Shown: in pieces, positions 8,597 to 17,430 of the stretch
Layout of the letters: each line of letters starts with the position of its first letter
How positions within the stretch are numbered: the first letter of the stretch is position 1
Assembly: GCA_027449965.1 (NCBI GenBank)
Contig: DAIDKP010000009.1
Location: forward strand, 2,753 to 66,752
Direction: 5' to 3'
DNA: 64,000 nucleotides
Source of the DNA: Acidobacteriaceae bacterium
GTDB taxonomy: Bacteria; Acidobacteriota; Terriglobia; Terriglobales; Acidobacteriaceae
The notes under the pieces: generated by a model
What the model saw: only the letters and a program-made list of their open reading frames with translations
Databases searched by the model: none
Told to the model about the DNA's origin: nothing
Translations under genes and position numbers: made by a program

Positions 8597-10501
8597 TCAC
8601 ATCCAGATCATCCCGACCGCCCAGTTGGCCACAAACGCTGCGCCCCAGGCCAGCACCAGCATGTAGAGAAACTGGATCACCGGCCAGCGCCAACTATTCG
8701 TCTCTCGTCGCACCACCGCCATCGTCGAAGTACACTGCATGGCAAACGCGAAGAAGACCATCAGCGCAATGGCTCCGCCCAGATGCAGATCGTGGTGCAG
8801 CGCGGTTTGCAGGCTCAGCGACTGGGTCTGCGGATCGGCGCCATACAGCGTGCCCATCGTGCCCACCATCACCTCGCGCGCCAGCACGCTCGACAGCAGC
8901 CCGATGCCAATCTTCCAGTTGAATCCCAGCGGCGCAATCGCCGGCTCCATCCAGTGACCCAGCCGACCGATGATGCTCTCCGTCAGCTCGGGAGCCATGC
9001 CATGATGACGCGGAAAGTTGGCCAGCACCCAAAGCCCCAGCGTCACCACCAGAATCACGCTGCCTGCCTGGCGCAGAAAGACGCTGCCACGATCCCACAG
9101 CCGCAGTCCAATTGAACGCAGTGTCGGCATCCGATACTGCGGCAGCTCCAGAATGAACGGCGTCTGACTCGATTTCAAAATCGAGCTTTTCAGCAGCCGC
9201 GCCGTGGCCAGCGCCGCCAGAAAACCCAGCAGATACAGCCCCAGCATCACCAGCGTCTGCAAGCCCACCAGACCATGCACAAAGGCAATCGGCGGAATGA
9301 ACGCAGCGATGAACAGCATATACACCGGCAGCCGCGCCGAGCAGGTCATGAACGGCGTCACCAGAATCGTCGCCAGCCGGTCGCGCTTGTTCTCGATCGT
9401 GCGCGTCGCCATGATTGCCGGCACCGCGCAGGCATACGCCGAGAGCAGCGGAATGAACGCCTTGCCATTCAGCCCAATCGTCCGCATCACGCGATCGGCA
9501 ATCAGCGCGGCGCGCGCCAGATAGCCGGAGTCTTCCAGAATGCCGATAAACAGAAACAGCAGCAGAATCTGTGGCAGAAAGACCAGAACGGAAGTCACGC
9601 CTTTCCATGCGCCGTCCAGCACCAGCGAGCGAAGCCAGTCGTTGGGCAGGAAGTTGGTCGCCCACGTGCCCGCGCGAGCCAGCACGTCGCCCAGCCCATC
9701 GCTCAGCGGCTGGCCAATGCTGAACACAACCTCAAAGACGCTGAAGACCACCACCAGAAAAAACAGCGGACCCCAGAAGCGATGCAGCAGAACCGCATCC
9801 ACCTTGCGGCTTGCCTCCGCTGAAAGCGGAGCGCGATAGCCCGTGCGCGCGCTCACCTGCGCCGCCCATTTGTGCGCGCTCACTGCGTTCCCCACCACGG
9901 GCAGCACAGTGATGGCTGCCCGGTTCGCGTCCTCGCCGCGATGGCGATTCAGAAAAAGCTGAATCGCCTCCATCCCGGAGCCTTTTGCCGCGCTGATCCG
10001 CGCCACCGGCGCGCCAATCTCCTGCGCCAGCCGCAGCGGATCGATCTCGCCGCCGCGCATCTCCATCAGGTCGCTCATATTCAGCAGCACCATCGTCGGC
10101 AGGCCCAGCGCCAGCACCGGTGCAGCCAGCATCAGTTGCCGCGTCAGGTGCAGGGAGTCGAGCACCAGCAGAATCGCATCCGGCTTCGGCGTGCCCGGCA
10201 TACGTCCTTCCAGCACCTCCACCGAGACGCGCGCATCTTCTGAAAACGGATCCAGCGAATAGATTCCCGGCAGATCGATCAACGTCAGATCGCTGCGCCC
10301 AATGCCGGCCATTGCGCCCATGCGCTGCTCGACCGTCACGCCCGGATAGTTCGCCACCTTCTGCCGCAGCCCGGTCAAACGGTTAAAGAGCGTCGACTTG
10401 CCCGAGTTCGGCGGGCCAATCAGCGCAATCGTGCGCAGGCGCGTCGTGTCCGCTCCCGGCTCGGGCGGTTTATACGGTTCAGGCGTGCAACAGTTGCTCA
10501 T
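8597..10501 (-). CDS. feoB: Ferrous iron transporter B
   Basis: GPPNSGKSTLFN, NYPGVTV, DLPG, NMSD GTPase motifs; PFMTCSARLPVY gate motif; many TM segments. Confidence 0.95.
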   Translation of the reverse strand: MSNCCTPEPYKPPEPGADTTRLRTIALIGPPNSGKSTLFNRLTGLRQKVANYPGVTVEQRMGAMAGIGRSDLTLIDLPGIYSLDPFSEDARVSVEVLEGRMPGTPKPDAILLVLDSLHLTRQLMLAAPVLALGLPTMVLLNMSDLMEMRGGEIDPLRLAQEIGAPVARISAAKGSGMEAIQLFLNRHRGEDANRAAITVLPVVGNAVSAHKWAAQVSARTGYRAPLSAEASRKVDAVLLHRFWGPLFFLVVVFSVFEVVFSIGQPLSDGLGDVLARAGTWATNFLPNDWLRSLVLDGAWKGVTSVLVFLPQILLLFLFIGILEDSGYLARAALIADRVMRTIGLNGKAFIPLLSAYACAVPAIMATRTIENKRDRLATILVTPFMTCSARLPVYMLFIAAFIPPIAFVHGLVGLQTLVMLGLYLLGFLAALATARLLKSSILKSSQTPFILELPQYRMPTLRSIGLRLWDRGSVFLRQAGSVILVVTLGLWVLANFPRHHGMAPELTESIIGRLGHWMEPAIAPLGFNWKIGIGLLSSVLAREVMVGTMGTLYGADPQTQSLSLQTALHHDLHLGGAIALMVFFAFAMQCTSTMAVVRRETNSWRWPVIQFLYMLVLAWGAAFVANWAVGMIWM

Positions 10502-10794
10502 CGCCGAGCCTTTCGCTCGGATTGCCGCGGCTTTGATGGTTGGCGCGTTTCCTTCGCAGACGGTTGCCTTGGCCGCGTCATTCTCACTTGAATCGCCTGT
10601 GCCGTCTCGCGGCGCAGCGCAATCTCCAGTCCGTCGATCGCATACACGGTCGGGTCGCCGGCTGGCGCCCGGTGCAGCACCTCAACCCGCGCATTGGGCA
10701 GGAATCCCATATACATCAGGTGGTTATGAACGCTCGAGGGGAGATCGACGGATTCAATGATGCCAGTGGTTCCCACTTCCAGTTCACTCAGCAT
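10498..10794 (-). CDS. feoA: Ferrous iron transport protein A
   Basis: LSELEVGTTGIIESV...MGFLPNARVEVLHRAPAGDP...IALRR SH3-like FeoA; 4-bp overlap with feoB start. Start uncertain (GTG 10809 possible). Confidence 0.9.
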   Translation of the reverse strand: MLSELEVGTTGIIESVDLPSSVHNHLMYMGFLPNARVEVLHRAPAGDPTVYAIDGLEIALRRETAQAIQVRMTRPRQPSAKETRQPSKPRQSERKARR

Positions 10795-10855
10795 GCTCAA
10801 ACGCTTCACTCTCTGCCGCGCTCTCCGACGCAGAATCCTTCGGAAAGCCGAATTG

Positions 10856-10906
10856 CGACCACTTTGGTCCGTCTTTAGTATACGACCATTTCGGTCTGTA
10901 TTGCAA
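10856..10906 (-). promoter_or_regulatory. feoAB promoter with two palindromic operators
   Basis: Minus strand TTGCAA(10906-10901)-N18-TATACT(10882-10877); GACC-N5-GGTC palindromes at 10857-10869 and 10884-10896. Confidence 0.6.
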
Positions 10907-11110
10907 AGTCGCCCCCGCGGAACTCTTTTCATCGCATCAAGCCTGCCTTCCGTCACAGTTGTATCCTGCGTTTTGAGCATTTGTGTGTGATGTACATCAC
11001 TCCCGGATGCGGCAGGGATCTCCGTCGAGTGGCAGGGTCTTCGGCCTCTGTGCCAAACTCAAAAGGGCTTTCCGAACTCACTCCGGTTTTTCTGAGGTTT
11101 CACACATACC

Positions 11111-12037
11111 ATGCCGCTCCTGCGCAGCCTGTTCATCTCGCTTTCCACCAACCGTCCCATCCGCCGTTTCAGCGAAGCTTCCAGCATGGGACGCAAGATG
11201 AGTTCGCGCTTTGTAGCTGGCGTCCGCATGGAAGACGCTTTGGAGGTTGCCCGGCAACTCAACCAGCAGGGCCTCACCGTCACGCTGGATTCGCTTGGCG
11301 AAAGCGTCAGCAGCGAGGCCGACGCGCAACGCGCCGCGGAGATCTATCACCGCCTGCTCGACCAGATTGCCCAGCAAAAGCTCAACGCCAACATCAGCGT
11401 CAAGCTCACCCAGATGGGCATGGAGTTTGCCCCGGAACTGACCGAGACCATCGTCCGTAGCCTGGCCGAACACTGCCGCACAACCGGAAATTTTCTGCGT
11501 ATCGACATGGAGGGTTCCGCGCTCACACAGTCCACTCTCGACATGGTGCGCCGCGTACACGCTTTGCCCGGCAATGCAGGCCACATCGGGATCGTCATCC
11601 AGGCCTATCTCTACCGCTCGCAACAGGATATTGCCCAGTTGGTCGCCGATGGCATTCGCATCCGCCTTTGCAAAGGAGCGTATCAGGAACCTGCAACCGT
11701 CGCGTTTCCCGCCAAGTCCGACGTCGATCAAAACTATGTCCGGCTCGCGGAAACACTGCTCTCCAGCGCCATCTACCACGGCATCGCCACCCACGATGAA
11801 GCCATGATCCGCGCCGTTCAGCACTACGCCAGCACTCAGGGAATCGCCGCCGACCGCTTTGAGTTTCAGATGCTTTATGGTGTGCGCCGCGATCTGCAAC
11901 GCAAGCTCGTCCAGGAGGGCTATCGCGTGCGCATCTATCTGCCCTTCGGCAGTGAGTGGTATCCGTATTTCATGCGGCGGCTTGCCGAGCGTCCCGCCAA
12001 TGTCTTCTTCATTCTGCGCAATCTTTTCCGCGCCTGA
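11111..12037 (+). CDS. Monofunctional proline dehydrogenase
   Basis: SRFVAG, ISVKLTQMG, FLRIDMEGS, RLCKGAYQE, IATHD, EFQMLYG, WYPYFMRRLAERPAN; no P5C dehydrogenase domain. Confidence 0.92.
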   Translation: MPLLRSLFISLSTNRPIRRFSEASSMGRKMSSRFVAGVRMEDALEVARQLNQQGLTVTLDSLGESVSSEADAQRAAEIYHRLLDQIAQQKLNANISVKLTQMGMEFAPELTETIVRSLAEHCRTTGNFLRIDMEGSALTQSTLDMVRRVHALPGNAGHIGIVIQAYLYRSQQDIAQLVADGIRIRLCKGAYQEPATVAFPAKSDVDQNYVRLAETLLSSAIYHGIATHDEAMIRAVQHYASTQGIAADRFEFQMLYGVRRDLQRKLVQEGYRVRIYLPFGSEWYPYFMRRLAERPANVFFILRNLFRA

Positions 12038-12089
12038 AAGGCTGCGCTTCGGAGAATGCAGTCAGCGGGTCGCCGGCCTGCCTGAGGCT

Positions 12090-12129
12090 CTGGAATCAGC
12101 TCAGGAATCAGATCTGGAATCAGCTCAGG
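12090..12129. repeat. 12-bp imperfect tandem repeat, about 3.3 copies
   Basis: CTGGAATCAGCT / CAGGAATCAGAT / CTGGAATCAGCT / CAGG. Confidence 0.85.
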
Positions 12130-12820
12130 GCTGCTTCACAGCAGGAGCCGTCTGCTGTGGCAGATACGGCTCCACCTTCAGCAGGTTGCCCAGCACCCCT
12201 CGTTCCTGCGTCGTCAACGAATCGCTGTACGGCGCGGAAGCAAGCAGTTTCGTTCGCTCGTCTTCGGGATATCGGCGCAGGCTGCGAAACGCTGCCGTCA
12301 CAGCCGCCCGACGATCCGGCGTCATCTCGAGCACGGCTTGCAGGGAAGCATGAAAGCTCGCGCGTTCCTCCGGAGTCAGGCGCTCCATCGCCTCGTTCCG
12401 CGCCAGATAACGCTGCCGCTGCGCCGGCGGCATCTGGTTGATCCGGGTTAACTGGTCCAGCACTCGCTGCTGCGCCTGCGGTGCCATGCGGAGAAACTCC
12501 GCGTTGCGGCGCAGCAACATCTCCTGCTGCGCCACAGGAAGATTCTGATGCCGATCCAGCCACTCCGGCAGGTGACCTGAAGCCGAGGGAATCGAGCGTT
12601 GCAGAAATCCGGGACGGGTCGCCTCCGCGCCTGTCTGCGCGCCGTTGGTGGACCCATGTTTCTGCTGGCCACCCAGCAGATTTGTCGTCAACAGCAGCAG
12701 GCAGGCCACGGTTGCGGCCTGCGCCGCCCTGTTGCCTTTGCTTCTCCTCTTTATGGTCATCATTTCCATCACTCCAGCGTCATGCCTCACCCGGACGCCG
12801 TGTTTCCATAATTTAGTCAT
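12125..12820 (-). CDS. DUF3106-like periplasmic helical-repeat protein
   Basis: Signal/TM segment, then repeated units such as LPVAQQ, MAPQAQQRV, MPPAQRQR, LTPEERA; 8-bp overlap with the upstream anti-sigma gene. Confidence 0.7.
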   Translation of the reverse strand: MTKLWKHGVRVRHDAGVMEMMTIKRRSKGNRAAQAATVACLLLLTTNLLGGQQKHGSTNGAQTGAEATRPGFLQRSIPSASGHLPEWLDRHQNLPVAQQEMLLRRNAEFLRMAPQAQQRVLDQLTRINQMPPAQRQRYLARNEAMERLTPEERASFHASLQAVLEMTPDRRAAVTAAFRSLRRYPEDERTKLLASAPYSDSLTTQERGVLGNLLKVEPYLPQQTAPAVKQP

Positions 12821-13322
12821 GACCGCCAGACAGGCTCTCCAGCGTGTCCAGCGCCGTTGTATTCGAGTCGAGACTTTGCAGATCGTGAATCACCGCGGGA
12901 GTAACCGTAATCACCGCCGGCTCCGTCGGACGAACCGTTTCCACATGAGACAGATAGACGCCACCACCCACCAGCACCAGCACAGAAAGCGCCGTCGCCG
13001 TCACCGGCTGCAATCGCCATCGCATTCCATAGTTGATCCGCGCATGAACGCGGTTCCACAAGTGCTCCAGCCATCCCTCTCGCGCGGTCGCGCGCTCCTC
13101 CGCAAGCCGTGCCGCAAAGCGCGTCATAAAGTACGGATTCGGCTCCGGAGCAGCCCATTCATCCAGCGCCACCATCAGGCTGCGCATCTCCGCCGCCTCC
13201 TGGCGACACGGCTCGCAGTCTTTCAAGTGCTGCCGCACGACGGTCGGCACAGCTTGCTTCGTCGCCCCGATGCCCACCGTCCGCGTCATCATTTCGTCTT
13301 GTACATCCTTGCATCGCATCAT
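12813..13322 (-). CDS. Zinc-binding (ZAS, zf-HC2) transmembrane anti-sigma factor
   Basis: CKDVQ...HLKDCEPC (HxxxCxxC), single TM, directly downstream of an ECF gene. Confidence 0.85.
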   Translation of the reverse strand: MMRCKDVQDEMMTRTVGIGATKQAVPTVVRQHLKDCEPCRQEAAEMRSLMVALDEWAAPEPNPYFMTRFAARLAEERATAREGWLEHLWNRVHARINYGMRWRLQPVTATALSVLVLVGGGVYLSHVETVRPTEPAVITVTPAVIHDLQSLDSNTTALDTLESLSGGHD

Positions 13323-13377
13323 GATTCACCTCCCTGTGGTTCGCCGATCTTCCCCGGCTTCCAACCTCGCATTTGCC

Positions 13378-14049
13378 TCACAGGAAATCCCGCAAACTCT
13401 CTCGCAACGTGCGATAGGCGCGAAAAAGCAAAGATTTGGTCGCTGACTCACTCAACTGCAACACTTCACCAATCTGGCGATAGTCCATCTCCTGATACTT
13501 GTGCATCAGCACAGCCATGCGCTGCCGCTCCGGCAGTCGGTCAACCTCTCTGCGAATCGCCGCCATACGTTCCTCCCGCACCAGCCGGCGCTCGATATCC
13601 GGAGTCGGATCGGCAACCTCGTTCGTCATCCCGGTCACCGGGTCCACAGCGTCCAGTTCCACGCGCTGCGCCTCGCGTTCGCTCTTGGAATCCCGCGCAT
13701 GATTGGCCGCCAGGTTGGTCGCAATCCGATACAGCCACGTACTGAACTTGGCCTCAGCCCGATAGCTCGTCCTTGCTCGATAGACCCGCAGAAACACCTC
13801 CTGCGCCAGCTCCTCGGCAACGGCCTCCGAGTGCACCATCCGATACAGAAAGTGCACCATCGAGCGATGATATCTTTCCACCAGATAGGTAAATCCGGTT
13901 TCATCGCCCGCAGCCACCGCTTGCATAATCTCTGAATCGGTGCGAGCGCCCGCCTTCGCCGCATTCGGACGTATGGCTTCGTGTTGTGAGTCCGGCTCGA
14001 TCGTCTCTCTCATGCCCAGGCCCGGATTGCCCATCACCAGGGTCGCCAT
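13378..14049 (-). CDS. ECF RNA polymerase sigma factor (cassette 1)
   Basis: AEELAQEVFLRVY, FSTWLYRIATN (region 2); LPERQRMAVLMHKYQEMDYRQIGEVL (region 4). Confidence 0.92.
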   Translation of the reverse strand: MATLVMGNPGLGMRETIEPDSQHEAIRPNAAKAGARTDSEIMQAVAAGDETGFTYLVERYHRSMVHFLYRMVHSEAVAEELAQEVFLRVYRARTSYRAEAKFSTWLYRIATNLAANHARDSKSEREAQRVELDAVDPVTGMTNEVADPTPDIERRLVREERMAAIRREVDRLPERQRMAVLMHKYQEMDYRQIGEVLQLSESATKSLLFRAYRTLRESLRDFL

Positions 14050-14055
14050 GTCCTT

Positions 14056-14083
14056 GTGGACACAACTTCAGCTTAAAAGTTGC
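14056..14083 (-). promoter_or_regulatory. Candidate autoregulatory ECF promoter, leaderless
   Basis: Minus strand GCAACT-N16-GTCCAC-N6-ATG(14049). Confidence 0.55.
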
Positions 14084-14454
14084 GAACGGCGCATGACAAT
14101 TATTCTCCGGCTTTTTGTTCGGCGGCCTCCGCGCAGGCTATTTCACGTTTTCTGTCATACTGTCCGTGCGGCTCCCATCGTCTGCGGCAAACTGGCTCGG
14201 TCGGCTGCGTGATCTGGTCCGCTGCAACCGATCCAAAGCAACCGGAAGGCAGCAGGGAACTCCTCCAGCAGTCCACCATGGGGGAGACGGCATTCGAGTT
14301 GGAAAACTGCTTCCGACAGGCGATTTGCAGGGAAAACAACATTTCAAGCATGATTTGAATTTCCTGCAAACGTTTTTGAATCAACAGGATACCAAAAATG
14401 AAATCTCGCGAAATTCCGGCAACTCCAATCGAATGAACAAGATGAGTGAAAACA

Positions 14455-14473
14455 CCCCTCCCCCCCCTCCCCC
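14455..14473 (-). other. G-rich tract, potential G-quadruplex
   Basis: Plus strand C4-T-C8-T-C5; minus strand GGGGGAGGGGGGGGAGGGG. Confidence 0.5.
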
Positions 14474-14547
14474 TCGTTCTCAATTCGTTCGCAATTCAGG
14501 AAACATACCGCACGTTTTTGCCCTCCATCTATTGCTTGCTGCTGACC

Positions 14548-14575
14548 GCAACCTCAGCTCGGCATTCGTGTCTAA
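14548..14575 (+). promoter_or_regulatory. Candidate ECF promoter for the BON-domain gene
   Basis: GCAACC-N16-GTCTAA, about 70 nt upstream of ATG 14645. Confidence 0.55.
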
Positions 14576-14644
14576 TAAGCTGAACGATGCTGCGGGCGCA
14601 TTGCCTTCGGCGTATCGAAATTTCTTCTCGGGTTGAGGTCTTGT

Positions 14645-15925
14645 ATGCGTCTGCTCGGTTTCTTTCGCCTCTTCGGTGGTGTGGTTTTGTTCGCGGCGCT
14701 CTCCTGTGCGGCTCGCGCGCAGAGTGTGCCGGCCAACTCCGACGGTCAGATTGAGATGAATGTCGTCCACGCTCTCGACGCCGCCGATCAGCTCAAACCC
14801 GACTGGATCACCGCATCCACGGTGCAGGGTGTCGTCACGCTTGCCGGAACCTCTTCGAGTCAGGCCAACCGGGAACTGGCCGCCTCCCTGGCGGCAAAGG
14901 TTCCGGGTGTCACCAAGGTGGTGAACAACCTCACGGTCGGCAATCCCCAGCAGGCCACGGCAGACGCCGGTTCCGGGCCAGCCGATGCGCAGAACTCAGC
15001 CGACGCGCAGAATCCGCCGCAGCAGTATGCGCAGAATCCTCCGGAGCAGGGCGCGCCCGATGCCGCGCAGCAAAACACCGCCGGTTTGCCGCCTGCGCAA
15101 CAGTCCGACCAGCCGCAGCGACCCGGATACGCGCAAACCGGCAACAGCTTTGAACAGAATCAGCCATACCAGCAGCAGTATCCAGCCGGACCGGAGCCGC
15201 CGCGCAATCCCGTCACGCTGCCCCAAGGCACCAGCCTGGTCGTCCGCACCACGCAGTCGCTCTCTTCGCAGATGGCTCAGCCCGGCACGCCGGTCGATTT
15301 CGTCGCCGCTCGCGATGTCTACTCCGGCGGCATCCTGGCCATTCCGCGCGGAGCCACCATTCACGGCGAGGTCACCGACGTTCGACAATCCGGCTCGCTC
15401 ACCGGCCACGCGGAACTGGCTCTTCGTCTGGACGCTGTGCAGCTTGAAGGCAATAGCTTCCCCATTAACGCCAACCTCTTCCGCGTGCGCAGCCCGGGCA
15501 AAGGTGGACACACGGCGATGAGCGCCTTTGGCGGCGCGCTGCTGGGCGCAGTGGTGGGCGGAGCCTTTGGCGGCGGCACTGGCGCTTTGGTCGGCGGCAC
15601 AGCCGGCGGACTCGGTGGCACGGCGGCTTCGGCCATCTCCCACGGTCCTCAGGTCTGGGTTCCGTCGGAGTCGATGCTCACCTTTCACCTGACTACCCCG
15701 CTCACCGTCACCCCGGTCAGCCGACAGGAGGCGCTGCGACTCTCTTCGGCTGCGCCCGGTGACGCAGGAGGCCCCATGCTTCATCGCCGCGGGGTCTATC
15801 CGCCGCCCGCGCCGGTTGTCTATCCCTACGGATTCTATGGCAGCTACTATCCGGGCTATTACCCCGGCTATTATCCCGGATACTACGGACCAGGCCTTGG
15901 CATCAGCTTCGGTCGTGTCTGGTAA
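14645..15925 (+). CDS. BON-domain periplasmic protein with Q/P-rich linker, glycine zipper and Tyr/Gly/Pro tail
   Basis: Signal peptide; BON motif ITASTVQGVVTLAG...AKVPGVTKVVNNL; GALLGAVVGGAFGGG glycine zipper; (YYPG)x3 tail. Confidence 0.8.
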   Translation: MRLLGFFRLFGGVVLFAALSCAARAQSVPANSDGQIEMNVVHALDAADQLKPDWITASTVQGVVTLAGTSSSQANRELAASLAAKVPGVTKVVNNLTVGNPQQATADAGSGPADAQNSADAQNPPQQYAQNPPEQGAPDAAQQNTAGLPPAQQSDQPQRPGYAQTGNSFEQNQPYQQQYPAGPEPPRNPVTLPQGTSLVVRTTQSLSSQMAQPGTPVDFVAARDVYSGGILAIPRGATIHGEVTDVRQSGSLTGHAELALRLDAVQLEGNSFPINANLFRVRSPGKGGHTAMSAFGGALLGAVVGGAFGGGTGALVGGTAGGLGGTAASAISHGPQVWVPSESMLTFHLTTPLTVTPVSRQEALRLSSAAPGDAGGPMLHRRGVYPPPAPVVYPYGFYGSYYPGYYPGYYPGYYGPGLGISFGRVW

Positions 15926-15939
15926 GGTGGCAGTTCTTT

Positions 15940-15973
15940 CGGCCTGGAGCGTCTTCCGGCCTGGAGCGTCTTC
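15940..15973. repeat. 17-bp exact tandem duplication
   Basis: CGGCCTGGAGCGTCTTC x2 in the convergent gap. Confidence 0.9.
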
Positions 15974-15993
15974 GCGGACAAGGCGAAAACGCT

Positions 15994-17430
15994 CTAGTCC
16001 CGGCCTTTCTTGCGAATCTCGATATTCAGCCGCTTGATCTTCTGGTTCAGCGTCGAAAGCGGAATGCGGAACTGCTCGGCAGCTTCGGTCTGGTTCCAGT
16101 TGCAGCGTTCCAGCTTTTCCAGGATGATACGCCGCTCGATTACCTCGATCATGTCAAAGAGCGAGGCGTTGGGATTGTCCTCGAGCAGCGCCGCCGGTAG
16201 CGTCCGTCCGCTGATATTCGGTGGCAGCAGGCTGGAGTCGATCAGCGGATTCGTCGACAGCACCACGCAGCGCTCCATCACATTTTCCAGCTCACGCACA
16301 TTGCCCGGCCAGTCATAGTCAATCAGCGAACGCATCGCATCCTGCGTGATTCGGCGCATTTCCAGACCGTTTTCACGCGAATAGAACTCCAGAAAGCGGT
16401 TGGCCAGCAGCGGAATATCCTCGCGACGGCTGCGCAGCGGCGGCAGGTCGATCGAGATCACGTTCAGCCGATAGAAGAGGTCTTCGCGGAAGCGTCCTTC
16501 ACGCACGGCCTGCCGCAGATCGACGTTGGTCGCCGCCACGATGCGCACGTCTACCTGAATCTCATGCGTACCGCCAAGCTGCATGAAGCGGCGATCCTGC
16601 AGGACGCGCAGAATCTTGGCCTGCGTATCGAGGCCCATGTTGCCGATCTCGTCCAGAAAGAGCGTGCCGTTGTTGGCAATCTCAAAGAGGCCCTTTTTGC
16701 TGGCAATGGCCGAGGTGAATGAGCCTTTGACGTGGCCAAAGAGCGTGGACTCCAGCAACTCCGACGGCATCGAGCCTGTGTTGACAGGCACAAACGGCTT
16801 GTCCTTGCGGGGTGAACCGGCGTGCAGAGCCTTGGCAATCAGCTCCTTGCCGGTGCCGCTTTCCCCCAGAATCAGCACCGTCGAGCGGCTTGGAGCCACC
16901 TGCGCCACCAGATCGAAGATGCGCAGCATCACTTCGCTTTTGCCCACGATATTGGAGAAGTTGTAGCGTTGGCGCAGGGCGCGCTTCAGTTGCACATTCT
17001 CCGTTTCGGCGCGATGACGCGCCAGTGCGGAGCGAATGTCGGCCAGCAGCTTTTCGTTGTCCCACGGCTTCTGGACAAAGTTTTCCGCGCCTGCGCGAAT
17101 GGCGTCCACCACGTTGTCCACAGTGCCGTAAGCGGTAATCATGATGACCGGCAGATCCGGATACCGCGCATGAATCTGCGGCAGCAGTTCCATGCCGGAC
17201 TGGCCCGGAAGCGCCAGGTCCAGCAGCACCAGATCATAGACCTGCTGTTCGAGTTGCTTCAGTCCAGACTCGCCATCGATCGCCAGATCGATCGTGTAGC
17301 CCTCCAGCGAGAGCAGCACTTCCAGCGATTCACGAATGCCGGCTTCATCGTCGATGACCAGGATGTGTGCATCGTGTTCCTCTTCGGCAGAGGGTGATCC
17401 GACGCGGAGTGCGGAGAGTGTATCAGGCAT
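15994..17430 (-). CDS. sigma54-dependent response regulator (NtrC family bEBP)
   Basis: REC (VIDDE, LLDLALP, KPW); AAA+ GESGTGKE, GSFTSA (GAFTGA-like), FLDEIG, GNVRELEN; C-terminal HTH. Confidence 0.93.
   Translation of the reverse strand: MPDTLSALRVGSPSAEEEHDAHILVIDDEAGIRESLEVLLSLEGYTIDLAIDGESGLKQLEQQVYDLVLLDLALPGQSGMELLPQIHARYPDLPVIMITAYGTVDNVVDAIRAGAENFVQKPWDNEKLLADIRSALARHRAETENVQLKRALRQRYNFSNIVGKSEVMLRIFDLVAQVAPSRSTVLILGESGTGKELIAKALHAGSPRKDKPFVPVNTGSMPSELLESTLFGHVKGSFTSAIASKKGLFEIANNGTLFLDEIGNMGLDTQAKILRVLQDRRFMQLGGTHEIQVDVRIVAATNVDLRQAVREGRFREDLFYRLNVISIDLPPLRSRREDIPLLANRFLEFYSRENGLEMRRITQDAMRSLIDYDWPGNVRELENVMERCVVLSTNPLIDSSLLPPNISGRTLPAALLEDNPNASLFDMIEVIERRIILEKLERCNWNQTEAAEQFRIPLSTLNQKIKRLNIEIRKKGRD

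Noticed and set aside
14100-14636. ORFs of 127-173 aa in the ECF/BON gap, one with a poly-Pro run
   Set aside because: Atypical composition and no SD or motif; the poly-Pro comes from the C-tract; the region holds promoters.
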